Positions 52,765 to 64,000 of a stretch of DNA of 64,000 bases are shown here, piece after piece. Source of the stretch: Octopus vulgaris (lineage: Eukaryota). The notes beneath the pieces were generated by a model. It made no database searches. It saw only the letters and a program-made list of their open reading frames with translations, and was not told the DNA's origin. Within the stretch, counting starts at the first letter, position 1. Each line of letters starts with the position of its first letter. The translations under genes were made by a program, and so were the position numbers. The DNA lies in NCBI GenBank assembly GCA_951406725.2, contig OX597815.1, positions 85,002,001 to 85,066,000 of the forward strand, in the 5' to 3' direction.

Positions 52765-52855
<91 letters not shown>

Positions 52856-53010
52856 ACAGACTTCTTTCAGTTTTCATCTACCAAATCCACTCACAAGGCT
52901 TTAGTTGGCCTGTGACTATAATAAAAGACACTTTCCCAAGGTACCCTGCAGTGGGACTGAGCCCCAGACCATATGGTTAGGAAGCAAGCTTCTCAGTACA
53001 CAGCCACGCC
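49930..53010. mobile_element. field of SINE family A copies (+ 49930-50312; - 50330-50490, 50655-51220, 51955-52510, 52855-53010); another + head at 62465-62605
   Basis: direct and reverse-complement matches to family A. Confidence 0.8.
52701..52755 (+). ncRNA. type I hammerhead ribozyme fold within a Penelope-like fragment (52563-52770)
   Basis: stem I GGAGCTTC/GAAGCTCC, CTGATGA, weak stem II TTC/GAA, GAAA, stem III ACAG/CTGT, GUA site at 52747. Confidence 0.7.
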
Positions 53011-53149
53011 TCTTTCCAATATTTTTGGAAAGGTTTAAGAGTCTCCAGACTCAAAAGCCATAACAAGTCTCACTTGAGGAGCTAAGGTTATATTTGCACT
53101 GGAAGTAGTCAAGATTTGTTTTGGAGCAGACTGTATTCATATATGTATA

Positions 53150-54221
53150 TCATCATCATCATTTAACGTCCACTTTCCATGCTAGCATGGGTTGGACGAT
53201 TTGACTGAGGACTGGCAAACCAGATGGCTGTGCCAGGCTCCAAACTGATCTGGCAGAGTTTCTATAGCTGGATGCTCTTCCTAATGCCAACCACTCCGAA
53301 AGTGTAGTGGGTGCTTTTACGTGACACTGGCATGAGGGTCAGTCTGGCGGTGCTGGCAACAGCCATGCTCAAAATGGTGTTTTTTACATGCCACCTGCAC
53401 TGGCAACGACCTCGCTTGAATGTTTTGTTCATGTACCACTGGCACAAGTGCTAGTAAGGTGATGCTGGTAATGATCACGCTCAAATGGTGCTTTTTATGT
53501 GCCACCGCTTGGATGGAGCTGTTAGTGCTCCACTGGCACGGGAGCCAGTCATCGAATTTGGTTCAATTTCGATTTCACTTGCCCCAACAGGTCTTTGCAA
53601 GCAGAGTTTAGTGCCCAATGAAAGGAGGTTGGCATTGGTGCCAGTCATCGAATTTGGTTCGATTTCGAATTCAATTTCACTTGCCTCAACAGGTCTTCGC
53701 AAGCAGAGTTTTGTGTCCAAAGAAGGAAAGGTATGCATAAGTGGGCTGGCTACATTCCTGGTAAAGGCTACAGGTTATGGTCTCACTTGTCCTGCCGGGT
53801 CTTCTCACGCACAGCCTATTTCCAAAGGTCTCGGTCACTAGTCATTGCCTCGGTGAGGCCTAATGTTCAAAGTTCGTGTTTCACCACCTCATCATAGGTT
53901 TTCCTGGGTCTACATCTTCAACAGGTTCCTTCAACCGCTAGGGTGTGGCACTTTTTCACACAGCTATCTTCATCCATTCTCACCACATGACCATACCAGC
54001 GCAATCATCTCTCTTGCACACCACAACTGATGCTTCTTAGGTTCAACTTTTCTCTCAAGGTACTTACACTCTGTCAAGTATGTACACTGACATTACACAT
54101 CCATCAGAGCATACTGGCTTCATTCCTTGCGAGCTTATGCATGTCCTCAGCAGTCACAGCCCATGTTTCACTGCCATGTAGCATGGCTCTTTGTACACAT
54201 GCGTCATACAGTCTGCCTTTT

Positions 54222-54222
<1 letters not shown>
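53150..54222 (-). mobile_element. 5'-truncated RTE LINE
   Basis: reverse complement of ORF end, UTR and (CAT)n tail. Confidence 0.9.
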
Positions 54223-54258
<36 letters not shown>

Positions 54259-54259
54259 A

Positions 54260-54293
<34 letters not shown>

Positions 54294-54599
54294 GTGTGTG
54301 TATATATATGTATATATATTCATTCATTCATTTAGCGTTCGTTTTCCATGCTAGCATGGGTTGGACGGTTCAACTGGGGTCTGGGGAGCCCGAAGGCTGC
54401 ACCAGGCCAGTCAGATCTGGCAGTGTTTCTACAGCTGGATGCCCTTCCTAACGCCAACCACTCCGAGAGTGTAGTGGGTGATTTTATGTGCCACCAACAC
54501 AGGTGCCAGACGAGGCTGGCGAACGGCCACACTCGGATGGTGTTTTTTATGTGCCACCGACACAGGTGCCAGACGAGGCTGGCAGACGGCCACGCTCGG

Positions 54600-56640
54600 A
54601 TGGTGTTTTTATGTGCCACCGACACAGGTGCCAGATGAGGCTGGCGAACAGCTACGATCGGATGGTGTTTGTTACGTGCCTGCAGCACGGAGGCCAGTCG
54701 ATGCGGTACTGGCTACGGCCACGTTCGGATGGTTTTCTTGTGTGCCACCGGCACTGGTACCACAAAGATACAAATTCCATTGATGTTCATCTATTTTGAT
54801 TTGTTTTGATTGATTTTCACTCGCCTCAACAGGTCTTCACAAGTGTCACAAGAAGGAAGGTATGCACAGGTGGACTGACTACGTCCCAGGTAGGGGCCAC
54901 AGGTTATGGCCTGACTAGTCTTGCCGGGTCTTCGGATGGTGTTTTTATGTGCCACCAACACAGGTGCCAGATGAGGCTGGCGAAACGGCCACGATCGGAT
55001 GGTGTTTGTTACTTGCCCACAGCACGGAGGCCAGTCAATGCGGTACTGGCTACGGCCACGTTCGGATAGTTTTCTTGTGTGCCACCGGCACTGGTACCAC
55101 AAAGATACAAATTCCATTGATGTTCATCTATTTTGATTTGTTTTGATTTGATTTTCACTTGCCTCAACAGGTCTTCACAAGTGTCACAAGAAGGTAGGAA
55201 GGTATGCACAGGTGGACTGACTACGTCCCAGGTAGGGGCCACGGGTTATGGCCTGACTAGTCTTGCCGGGTCTTCGGATGGTGTTTTTATGTGCCACCGA
55301 CACAGGTGCCAGATGAGGCTGGCAAACGGCCACGATCGGATGGTGTTTGTTACTTGCCCACAGCACGGAGGCCAGTCGATGCGGTACTGGCTACCGTCAC
55401 ATTTGGATGGTTTTCTTGTGTGCCACCGGCACTGGTACCACAAAGATACAAATTCCATTGATGTTCATCTATTTTGATTTGTTTTGATTTGATTTGATTT
55501 TCACTTGCCTCAACAGGTCTTCACAAGTGTCACAAGAAGGTAGGAAGGTATGCACAGGTGGACTGACTACGTCCCAGGTAGGGTCCACGGGTTATGGCCT
55601 GACTAGTCTTGCCGGGTCTTCGGATGGTGTTTTTATGCGCCACCGACACAGGTGCCAGATGAGGCTGGCAAACGGCCACGATCGGATGGTGTTTGTTACT
55701 TGCCCACAGCACGGAGGCCAGTCGATGTGGTACTGGCTACCGCCACATTTGGATGGTTTTTTTGTGTACCACCGGCACTGGTACCACAAAGATACAAATT
55801 CCATTGATGTTCATCTATTTTGATTTGTTTTGATTTGATTTGATTTTCACTTGCCTCAACAGGTCTTCACAAGTGTCACAAGAAGGTAGGAAGGTATGCA
55901 CATGTGGACTGACTACGTCCCAGGTAGGGGCCACGGGTTATGGCCTGACTAGTCTTGCCGGGTCTTCGGATGGTGTTTTTATGTGCCACCGACACAGGTG
56001 CCAGATGAGGCTGGCGAACGGCCACGATCGGATGGTGTTTGTTATGTGCCCATAGCACGGAGGCCAGTCGATGCGGTACTGGCTACGGCCACGTTCGGAT
56101 GGTTTTCTTCTTGTGTGCCACCGGCACTGGTATCACAAAGATACAAATTCCATTGATGTTCATCTATTTTGATTTGTTTTGATTTTCACTTGCCTCAAAA
56201 GGTCTTCACAAGTGTCACAAGAAGGAAGGTATGCACAGGTGGACTGACTACGTCCCATGTAGGGGCCACGGGTTATGGCCTGACTAGTCTTGCCGGGTCT
56301 TCGGATGGTGTTTTTATGTGCCACGACACAGGTGCCAGATAAGGCTGGCAAACGGCCACGATCGGATGGTGTTTGTTACGTGCCCACAGCACAGAGGCCA
56401 GTCGATGCGGTACTGGCTACGGCCACGTTCGGATGGTTTTCTTGTGTGCCACCGGCACTGGTACCACAAAGATACAAATTCCATTGATGTTCATCTATTT
56501 TGATTTGTTTTGATTTGATTTGATTTTCACTTGCCTCAACAGGTCTTCACAAGTGTCACAAGAGGGAAGGTATGCACAGGTGGACTGACTACGTCCAAGG
56601 TAGGGTCCACGGGTTATGGCCTGACTAGTCTTGCCGGGTC
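54600..56640. repeat. tandem array of ~6 units of ~330-350 bp derived from the RTE stop-codon/3' UTR region
   Basis: CAAAGATACAAATTCCATTGATG recurs near 54763, 55100, 55441, 55787, 56135 and 56467. Confidence 0.95.
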
Positions 56641-56948
56641 TTCTCACGCACAGCATACTTCCATAGGTCTCGGTCTCTAGTCATTTCCTTAGTGAGACCA
56701 AAAGTTCGAAGGTCATGCTTCACCACCTCGTCCCAGGTTTTCCTGGGTCTACCTCTTCCACAGGTTCCCTCAACTGCTAGGGTGTAGCACTTTTGCACAC
56801 AACTATCTTCAGCCATTCTCGTCACACAACCATACCAGCGCAGCCGTCTCTCTTGCACACCACAACTGACGCTTCTTAGGTTCAACTTTTCTCTCAAGGT
56901 ACTTACACTCCGACAATTATGAACACTGACATTACACATCCATCGGAG

Positions 56949-57685
56949 TGTAGTGACCCTATAACGGCGCGCTTGTGTATGTTATAAATTTTGCCATTAT
57001 ATTATTGTGTGCTATTTGGTTATCTGGTGTCCACCTTGAGTTTTGCAGTCACTACAATAAGTTTCCTTTCGTGCATACACACTGGAGGGGAGCCTTGTAG
57101 TGACCCTATAACGGCGCGCTCGCACACCGTCCATTTGTATTTCGCGCGTGTTGGTGCCTTTACCAAGGCAGAGAGAGGAAGGGCCCTCTCGCGCATGCGC
57201 GAACCACCGGAAGCACGACCCTGGCCAAGGCAGGGGGATCGTAGAACGTTTGACCACTAGCAGCAGCAGCGGGGACTTGGGACCCAGCGATTGAAGGCGG
57301 CGGTCACGCATATTTTCTCTCCGTTCGAACTTGCTTCTAGCAGTCCTTACCAAAAGGCCTTTAACCTGGATTGTTGCAGACATCATCTTCTTCTTCTGGA
57401 CGCCATTTTGACCCTTTCTGTTTTTGGCGGCTGAACATTGTAAATATTACAATCGATTAACTTTCAGCCTTGCGTACCCCGAACCAAGGACATCAGATAA
57501 CACACTTATTGTTATTGTTACCAAGAAAGAGAATAAAGTAGTATATATATATTTTACGTCTGCGTCTTGTTGTTTCTGACTGGTAGAATTCTGGATTATT
57601 AAAGCAACGGCTAGTGAGTGATTGCTTTCTTGTACCCCGAAAGTACAAGACAAGATATTCACACTCACTCATTAAGATCGTTACA
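56949..57685 (+). mobile_element. internally deleted LTR retrotransposon (25-bp 5' LTR stub, PPT region, 590-bp 3' LTR), 4-bp TSD GGAG
   Basis: TGTA...TACA ends; GGAG at 56945-48 and 57686-89; 25-bp direct repeat at 56949/57096; purine tract GGAGGGGAG just before 57096; AATAAA at 57532. Confidence 0.88.
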
Positions 57686-58538
57686 GGAGCATACTGGCTT
57701 CATTTCTTGCGTGCTTACGCATATCCTCAGCAGTCACGGCCCATGTTTCACTACCATGTAGCATGGCTGTATGTACACATGCATCATACAGTCTGCCTTT
57801 TACTCTGAGCGAGAGGCCTTTTGTCACCAGCAGGGGTAAGAGCTCTCTAAACTTTGCCCAGGCTATTCTTACTCTAGCAGTTACACTTTCAGCACACCCA
57901 CCCCTGCTACTGACTTGGTCTCCTAGGTAGCGGAAGCTATCAACTACTTCTAGTTTGTCTCCCTGGAACGTGGTAGAAGTTGGTCTCTGCACATTTCCAG
58001 TGTTTATTGCTCCTGAGCATCTGCCACAGACAAAAACTATTTTCCTAGTTAGCCTTCCTTTGACATTGCTGCACCTCTTATGTGTCCATAGCTTACACTT
58101 GGTGCACCTTATAGAGTTTCTACCTACACCTTTTTTACAGATCGAGCAGGGCCATCTACCTGAAGTCGTTTGTGATTGGTCCACCTTCCTACTTATTAGG
58201 ACTTTGGTTTTGGCTAGGTTGATTCTAAGGCCCTTCAATTCTAATCCTTGTTTCCACACCTGAAACTTCTCCTCCAGTTCTGATAGTGACTCAGCAATTA
58301 GAGCAAGGTCATCAGCATAGAGGAGCTCCCAGGGGCATCCTGTCTTGAATTCCTCCGTTATTGCCTGGAGGACTATGATAAATAGGAGGGGACTGAGGAC
58401 TGAACCTTGGTGGACCCCAACCTCTACCCGGAATTCTTCACTGTACTCGTTGCCAATATATATATATATATATTGGTAAAAACAGTAAGATAACAAAAGA
58501 AAGAAAGAGACCTCAATATTATGTAAATAGAGGAAATT

Positions 58539-58674
58539 TATCTGTAAAATAATATGTGACAATTATTCAATAGCCAAGATAAAACCGAAGAGATGGTGTT
58601 GTGGATTTCCACCTCGGCATCCGAAACTCAGAGTTTTATCTTGGCCATTGAATAATTGTCACATATTATTTTAC

Positions 58675-58679
<5 letters not shown>
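58539..58679. repeat. inverted repeat, 47-bp arms around a hammerhead-like spacer
   Basis: 58539-58585 versus 58633-58679. Confidence 0.9.
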
Positions 58680-58725
<46 letters not shown>

Positions 58726-58727
<2 letters not shown>

Positions 58728-58941
58728 TCTTTTAGTATGTGACCTCGTCTGTATCACTAGCGATTTTTTTCCCCTGTCTTCCCTTCTCGGGATCTTTCCT
58801 TCTCCTATGATTCCGACGAAGAGCTCCGCTCGAAACGTCAAACCCTCCTTCTTCCCTTCTTTCCTGAGCATCCAATAATACTTTAATTGTTCCACGTCCT
58901 TGCGTTGTTGTTTTTTTGTTTTTGTGTTCTTGTTTGGATTA

Positions 58942-58945
<4 letters not shown>
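58726..58945 (+). mobile_element. Penelope-like terminal fragment with minimal hammerhead-like motif (58813-58840)
   Basis: CCGACGA-A-GAGC-TCC-GCTC-GAAAC-GTC; flanked by (TA)n. Confidence 0.55.
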
Positions 58946-58989
<44 letters not shown>

Positions 58990-58994
<5 letters not shown>

Positions 58995-60238
58995 GTTGCA
59001 CAAAATAATGGAAACACCTAGCATCATAGCACTATAATTTGAAACATCTATAAAACCATCAAAAGCCTGTTTATTTTTATGTTTTTTGATTTATTGTTAG
59101 TGTTGCTTAATATGTTTTGTTAAAATTGCTGTTTCTTTTCAGATATAATCAGAAAAAGCTAATAAAAATTCATTAAAATGACAGATCTATCAGACTTTCA
59201 AAGAGGTCAAATTGTTGGTGCTCATATATAAGGTGCTAGTGTAATGAAAACAGCCAAAATGTTTGGTGTATAAAGAAGTACAGTCTCAAAAGTAATGACA
59301 GCCTTTGAGAAAGAGGGAAAAACCTCCTTGTCAAAACAAAACTCAGGAATAAAACCAAAACTTTCAGATAGGGACTGATGGACTCTCACACGAATTGTTA
59401 GAAAGGATCACAAAAGTACAGCTCCCAAAATTACTGCAGAGTTTAATGACATTCTCGAGAATCCAGTTTTCACAAAAATTGTTTGCCAGGAGCTGCACAA
59501 AGCCAGATTTCACAGGTGGGCTGCAATTAGAAAACCACTACTTTCAAAAACAAAGTTGCAAAGCATTTAGAGTCGAGTGAAAACCTTCAGAATTGGTCCC
59601 AAGAGCAGTGGAAGAATGTTATTTTCTCAGACATGTCATCCTTTACCTTATTTCCGGCCACCGGCTGAGTGTGTCTGTTGAGATAGCCAAAAGAAGCATT
59701 TGACCCAGATTGCCATCTTCCAACTGTTAAACATGGAGGAGGATCTGTGATGATCTGAGGGGCTATATCTTGGAAATTTGCCAGCAGTATTAATAGTCAA
59801 GACTATTTAAACATTTTATCTGATCAAATTCATCCTATGGTTGCAGAACTGTTTCCAGAGGGAAACACAATCTTCCAGGATGATAATGCACCAACTCACA
59901 CAGCTAAAGTTGTTACTGAATGGCACGGGGAACATTCTTGTGAAATTGAACATCTTATCTGGCCATCACAGTCCCCAGATCTCAATATTATTGAACATTT
60001 ATGGTGCACTTCAGGAAAACAAGTAAGGAGTCGATATCCTCCACCATCATCACTACAAGAACTGGAGACTGTTTTAGCTGAAGAATGGACAAAAATTCCT
60101 TTGGAAGCAAGTCGAACTTTGTACAAGTCCATATCTTGTAGAATTTAAGCTGTAATTACTGCCAAAGAAGCCCTGCCTCATATTACAATAAATTTGTTTG
60201 AAATTTTAAGGTGTTTCCATTATTTTGTCCAACCCCTG
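58990..60238 (+). mobile_element. Tc1-like DNA transposon, near full length, pseudogenised transposase with D-36-E spacing
   Basis: ~30-bp TIRs (CAG.GGTTG.ACAAAATAATGGAAACACCT), TA at right end; MTDLSDFQRGQIVG from 59178; QDDNAP...SPDLNIIE; stops and frameshifts. Confidence 0.93.
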
Positions 60239-60246
60239 TATGTATG

Positions 60247-60295
<49 letters not shown>

Positions 60296-60469
60296 TATGA
60301 TTTCATTTATTTGCAACAGGGGCGAGGTTGACTTTGCCTTTCATCCTTTTGGTGTCGATGAAATAAGTACCAGCTGAACAGTGGGGTCAATGTAATCAAC
60401 TCATACTGTCCCCCAATATTGCTACCCTTGTGGCAAAATCTGAGACCATGATTAATATATATGTATATA

Positions 60470-62204
60470 AGTTGGGCATAAGAAGCATCAAATATGGTGT
60501 GCAAGAGAGGATTGTGCTGGTATGGCCATGTGTTATGTATGAATGAAGACAGCTGTGTGAGGAAGTGCCACTCCCTAACTGTAGAAGGGACCTGTGGAAG
60601 AGGTAGACCCAGGAAGACATGGGATGAGGTGGTGAAGCATGACCTTCGAACATTAGGCCTCACAGAGGCAATGACAGGAGACCAGGACCTTTGGAGATAG
60701 GTGTGATTGAGAAGACCCAGGAAGTAAAGTGAGATGGCAGCCAATCACATCCTACCCTGTTAAAAATACTCCTGCTGCGTTGGGCAATATGATAAGCTTG
60801 AGAAGACCTGTTGAGTCAAATAACACCAATATCGTAGATGGGGCCAGTACCCTCTGGTTGGCTCCTATGCTGATGGCACATCAAATGTGGTCGAAGCCAG
60901 GTCCACTTGACTGGCTACTGTGCTGGTGGTACATAAAAAGCAACAACCGATCGGGACTGATATCAGTACCCCACTGACTGGCTCTTAAAAAGCACCACCT
61001 GAACATGTCTGTTGCTAGGTGTGCCTTACTGGCTCCGGTGCCGGTGGCACGTAAAAAGCACCAACCAATCATGACCAATGCCAGTACCCCCAGTGGCACA
61101 TAAAAAGCACCATCCAAATGTGATCATTGCCAGGCCCACCTTACTGGCTCCTGTGCCAGTGGCACATAAAAAGCATCCACTACACTCTCAGAGTGGTTGG
61201 TGTTAGGAAGGGCATCCAGCTGTAGAAACTCCGCCAGACCAGACTGGATCCTGGCATGGCCGCTGGCTTTCTAGACCTCAGTCAAACCATCCAACCCATG
61301 CCAGCATGGAAAACAGACATTAATCGATGATGATGATGATATATATATATATATATCATCATATACCCCGGATTCCTTGCCACTCTCAAACTGTTGAAGG
61401 AATCCGGGGTAGAGGTAGACCCAAGAAGACATGGGACGAGGTGGTCAAGCATGACCTTCGTACATTGAGCCTCACAGAGGCTATGGCGAAAGACCAAGAC
61501 CTCTGGAGATATGCTGAGATTTCAAAGACCCGACAAAGGAAGTGAGTTCATGGCTTGCAGGACGGCCTGCTGCGCTTGAGGAGACCTATTGTGTCAAGTT
61601 CATCAACATCAAAATAAAAATTGTATGGATATTGTAGTTGTGATACCTGTGCCGGTAGCACGTAGGGCCTCACAGAGGAAATGATGAAGACCGAGACCCC
61701 TGAGATATGCTGTGACTGTGAAGACCCAACAAATGAAGTGAGTTCATGGCTCGCAGGACGGCCTGCTGTGCTAACCTTGGATCGTAGAGTGATCTGCTGT
61801 TCTCGAAGAGACCTATTGAGTCAAGTACATCAACATCAAAATAAAAATCAAATGGAAATTGTAGTTAAGACACCTGTGCCGGTGACACGTAAAAAGCACC
61901 GTCCGAACGTGGCAGATGCCAGCGCCGCCTGACTGGCGTCCGTGTTGGTGACACGTAAAAGCACCAACCGATCATGGCCGTTTGCCAGCATCCTCTGGCC
62001 CTTGTGCTGGTGGCACATAAAACACACCCACTACACTCATGGAGTGGTTGGCATTAGGAACGGCATCCAGCTGTAGAAACACTGCCAAACCAAACTGGAG
62101 CCTGGTGCAGCCTCCATGGCTTACCAGACCCCGGTCGAACCGTCCAACCCATGCTAGCATGGAAAGCGGACGTTAAATGATAATGATGATAATGATGATG
62201 ATGA

Positions 62205-62207
<3 letters not shown>
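60470..62207 (+). mobile_element. two tandem 5'-truncated RTE LINE 3' portions (60470-61340, 61375-62207)
   Basis: GRGRPRKTWDEVVKHDLRTL coding, UTR subrepeats, (GAT)n tails. Confidence 0.9.
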
Positions 62208-62243
<36 letters not shown>

Positions 62244-62627
62244 GAGAGAGATGATTTTTTTTACAGGTGATTACTTTACAGAGTCAATTATGTTTTGATC
62301 CTTATAATCATGGTTTTGTGCATGACAGCAAGAATCAAATCAGGATTATTTCTGTAGTCACCAAAAAAAAATAGAATAACATAATCTATTTCTTGAAGTA
62401 TTCAGTAGTTTCTTCCGTATTTGAAAGTTTTGTTCATCATAAATAAACACGCAAGAATGTATTTAGGCACAGGCATGGCTGTGTGGTAAGAAGCTTGCTT
62501 CCTAACCAGATGGTTCTGAATTCAGTCCCACTGCATGACGTCTTGGGCAAGTGTCTACTACAGCCACAGGTTGACTGAAGCCTTGTGAGTGGGTTTGGAA
62601 GACAGAAACTGAAAGAAGGCCATCATC

Positions 62628-62697
<70 letters not shown>

Positions 62698-62826
62698 ATA
62701 TAATAAGAGTAAATAATAGCTTTAATGGTTTTTAAAAAAACCAACAATTATTTACTGGTAGATTTCGGCATGTAAATATAACCATTAACGGTAGGAACTT
62801 CTATAAAAGTTCAATATATATATTGT

Positions 62827-63064
62827 ATATAAATAAAAGAGGCAGGCAACAGGTTGCTTAGCCACATACCAAAAAAATTAGAAATAGCAGTCAAAGACTG
62901 TTTATTTCTATTTTCTACAAATGAAACTCCACATACGACATACAGGGATATGTCATATGTGGAGTCTCATTTGTAGAAAATAGAAATAAACAGTCTTTGA
63001 CTGCTATTTCTAATTTTTTCGGTATGTGGCTAAGCAACCTGTTGCCTGCCACTTTTATTTATAT
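62827..63064. repeat. near-perfect hairpin, 116-bp arms, 6-nt loop
   Basis: 62827-62942 is the reverse complement of 62949-63064 with a few mismatches. Confidence 0.95.
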
Positions 63065-63085
63065 CTATCTATCTATATATATATA

Positions 63086-63640
63086 TGGTGGCTGCCCCCT
63101 CATTATCGAGTATGGCCATTGCACAAAGCTTAATCAATGTTGTTATCGTGCAATGCCTGTGCAAGAAGATTTTTTTTTAAAGTGAGGAAAGGCTGTACAC
63201 TGAGTCAATCCCACTCACTAAGCAACAGCAGCCATAATCCGAAAAGAAGAACAAGTCAACATCATCGGTAACCACTGAGCCGCAGGTTTTATGTCGGAGT
63301 TATCCCAGTTACCTGAGTTACCTTCTCCTAGAAGGATGCCCTAACAAAGGCTAGGAGTCCTACACTCCCAATGGTTTAACCGCGCGATCGGGTATTCAGT
63401 CCAATTATTTCTATGTCCCCGCGCATGAGACAGCCTTAAGACATATATTGGATGGCCGTTGACTCTCAAGAGTTCTCCGCCCTTTGACGGGATTTGTTTT
63501 TCATCCTGCAGGGTGTCCAATAAACACCCTCCTCACCAAGCGAGCTTGGTGGGGTTGCCGGTTTAGTCGCCGACGACCCGACCATGCAACAGGTTGTACT
63601 GGGCTACATGTTACCAGTAGCACACGAAAGTGACCTGACA
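63086..63640 (-). mobile_element. unclassified ~555-bp element in (TA)n, longer copy
   Basis: matches 49426-49915; CpG-rich. Confidence 0.85.
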
Positions 63641-63646
63641 TATATC

Positions 63647-63725
<79 letters not shown>

Positions 63726-64000
63726 ATATATATATATATATATATCAGGCATGTGCCACCTGGGCAGGTAACATAGGCAGTGCCTACTCTGAATAAAACA
63801 GATCGATAGTAATATTTTCCTTTTATGGCAAAATACGCACGTAATTCTATAAAATTATGAAGGTTACTCTGATTACTATACTTAAAATGCAAAAAAATTT
63901 ATAGTTTTGTAGATTAGGTAGGCATAATTTGCCCCTGCCTTTCAATCTCAGTATTAAAACTATGCATAGAACTGCTGTGGCACACATGCAGTGTACATTC

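Larger units (their letters stand above)
54331..58456 (-). mobile_element. young 5'-truncated RTE LINE (partial RT with YADD and a PHD finger), interrupted by an LTR element and carrying a tandemly amplified 3' end
   Basis: ORF 58455-57690 joins 56948-56625 without stops (ASML|RWMCN) after removing the insert; GVHQGSVLSPLLF, YADD and FRYLG motifs. Confidence 0.95.

Noticed and set aside
54480-56640. Regularly spaced repeats resembling a CRISPR array
   Set aside because: Whole units, including the would-be spacers, are duplicated; they derive from the RTE 3' UTR; eukaryotic context with no cas genes.
57012-57386. 124-aa ORF in the GC-rich insert
   Set aside because: Lies antisense within an LTR; no gag or pol motif.
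58457-58562. N-terminal extension of the 293-aa RT ORF
   Set aside because: Read-through into (TA)n and a different insert beyond the 5' truncation point.

Overview
AT-rich, repeat-dense eukaryotic (animal) DNA. The SINE/RTE repertoire and the abundance of (TA)n/(CA)n/(TAA)n microsatellites point to an octopus-like cephalopod; this is inference. The only well-supported host gene is SERAC1 on the + strand: 14 phase-consistent coding exons from 1319 to the stop at 31399, about 599 codons in the window, with the start exon upstream of the window. It includes a 28-nt microexon and a probable GC-AG intron. The rest is mobile DNA: several tRNA-derived SINE families, many RTE-clade LINE pieces, an R4/Dong-like element in a TAA repeat, a Tx1/L1 remnant, a DD36E Tc1-like transposon, a mariner fragment, a non-autonomous Helitron, a TTAA MITE and a 5S rRNA pseudogene. 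One young RTE copy has a PHD finger inside its RT region, a nested deleted LTR element and a ~340-bp tandem array of its own 3' end. The most striking non-genic pattern is a recurrent set of Penelope-like fragments embedded in microsatellites that carry long inverted repeats and/or hammerhead-ribozyme folds, several with variant catalytic cores. A 100-N gap lies at 8900-8999. All family names come from recognition by eye, not from database searches.
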